A stretch of 63,999 nt of DNA, counting the filler, from Vicugna vicugna (lineage: Eukaryota): assembly GCA_013265495.1 (NCBI GenBank). It is 75 parts of 72 records of this genome, joined end to end, with 100 filler letters (N's around TTAATTAATTAA, not from the genome) between each part and the next. Parts side by side here need not be neighbours in the genome. Positions count along the whole stretch, not along the records: positions 63,005 to 63,531 come from PNXW01010740.1; positions 63,632 to 63,687 come from MU059761.1; positions 63,788 to 63,999 come from PNXW01011424.1; 72 more parts are not named here. One strand, given 5' to 3'. This document shows positions 63,005-63,999 of this stretch, piece after piece. Made by a program: the position numbers and the translations under genes. The number at the start of each line of letters is the position of its first letter. The first letter of the stretch is position 1. The notes below the pieces were generated by a model. That model did not search any database. It saw only the letters and a program-made list of their open reading frames with translations, and was not told the DNA's origin.

Positions 63005-63531
63005 ATATACATACATATATATAAATAGTATATATACATGTATACATATATATATACACATGCATATATACACATGAACACACACAAAAATGGAATACTG
63101 TTCAGCCATTAAAAAATAAAATAATGCCATTTTCAATAACATGGATGGACCTACAGGGTATTATGCTAAGTGAAATAAGTCAGAGAAAGATAAACAAATA
63201 TTCTATGTATTAACTTATATGTATATCTAAAAAATAAAACAAATTAATGACTATAATAAAACAGAAATAGACTCACAGGTACACAGAACAGACTTGTGGT
63301 TACCAATGGGGAGAAGGAGAAGAGGGGAGGCAGGAAGGGGTTAGGGGATTGAGAGGTAAAAAGTACTACGTATAAAATGGATAGGTTACAGGGCTGTATC
63401 ATACAGCACAGGGAAATATAGCCATTATTTTATGGTGACTTTAAATGGAATATAATCTATGAAAATGTTGAGCCTCATATGATGTAAAACTAATATGATG
63501 TAAATCAACTACTCAATTACAAAATATTTAA
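63005..63531 (+). mobile_element. Older LINE-1 3' end preceded by TA/CA-rich microsatellite
   Basis: ATGGAATACTGTTCAGCCATTAAAAA...ACATGGATGGACCTA..ATTATGCTAAGTGAAATAAGTCAGA, ending TAAATCAACTACT. Confidence 0.88.
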
Positions 63532-63631
63532 NNNNNNNNNNNNNNNNNNNNNNNNNNNNNNNNNNNNNNNNNNNNTTAATTAATTAANNNNNNNNNNNNN
63601 NNNNNNNNNNNNNNNNNNNNNNNNNNNNNNN

Positions 63632-63687
63632 TCCAACGGAGCGCCTGAGCTGGTTTTCCCTGAGGGTTTTCCTAATTTCTCTGTGCC
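63632..63687 (-). repeat. SatA fragment
   Basis: CCCTGAGGGTTTTCCTAATTTCTCTGTGCC. Confidence 0.8.
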
Positions 63688-63787
63688 NNNNNNNNNNNNN
63701 NNNNNNNNNNNNNNNNNNNNNNNNNNNNNNNTTAATTAATTAANNNNNNNNNNNNNNNNNNNNNNNNNNNNNNNNNNNNNNNNNNNN

Positions 63788-63999
63788 GTGTACACATTTT
63801 CACAAGCTTTCCCTAAAACAAGGTTCGAATTCTTGCATTTTTCACCGAAAAATATTTCTGGAGCGATTTCCTCCTAATAGGTATGTAATTTACATGAATT
63901 CCATCAACATGGCATTCCGGGTTCCGTACATGCTACATGCATGACTGATTCGGCAATCATGCATTTCTGACTTGTGAGCATGTGGATTACTGACTTTCA
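63788..63999 (+). repeat. SatB
   Basis: SatB motifs to the window end. Confidence 0.92.

Overview
This window is not a contiguous locus. It is a concatenation of about 75 short unplaced contigs or mini-scaffolds of a placental mammal genome, joined by an artificial 100-bp spacer (N44-TTAATTAATTAA-N44), so adjacency between contigs has no biological meaning and most ORF-track entries run through N gaps. A camelid source is my inference from the L1 3' ends, the 267-bp satellite and the absence of recognisable ruminant or pig SINEs. About two thirds of the contigs are satellite DNA in five families, labelled by me: SatA (GC/CpG-rich, 267-bp monomer), SatD (diverged 262-267-bp relative of SatA), SatB (AT-rich, 740-bp unit made of three ~247-bp subunits), SatE (diverged ~244-249-bp monomeric relative of SatB) and SatC (TTCnnnn heptamer satellite). 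The remainder holds L1 fragments, a decayed gamma-type ERV env with LTR start, MER2 and MIR elements, and several gene fragments. These are a huntingtin (HTT) promoter/exon-1 copy whose normally near-invariant N17 is altered (MVNLEKLAKAFEC), two diverged copies of the same NEK10 exon, a pseudogenised WAPL exon with intron flanks, the 3' part of a SMIM36-like CDS, and an unidentified stop-free PEEPAA-repeat reading frame. Three pairs of non-satellite contigs are paralogous to each other, which suggests a high-copy segmental duplicon carrying gene fragments. Gene and repeat identities come from recalled sequences, not database searches.
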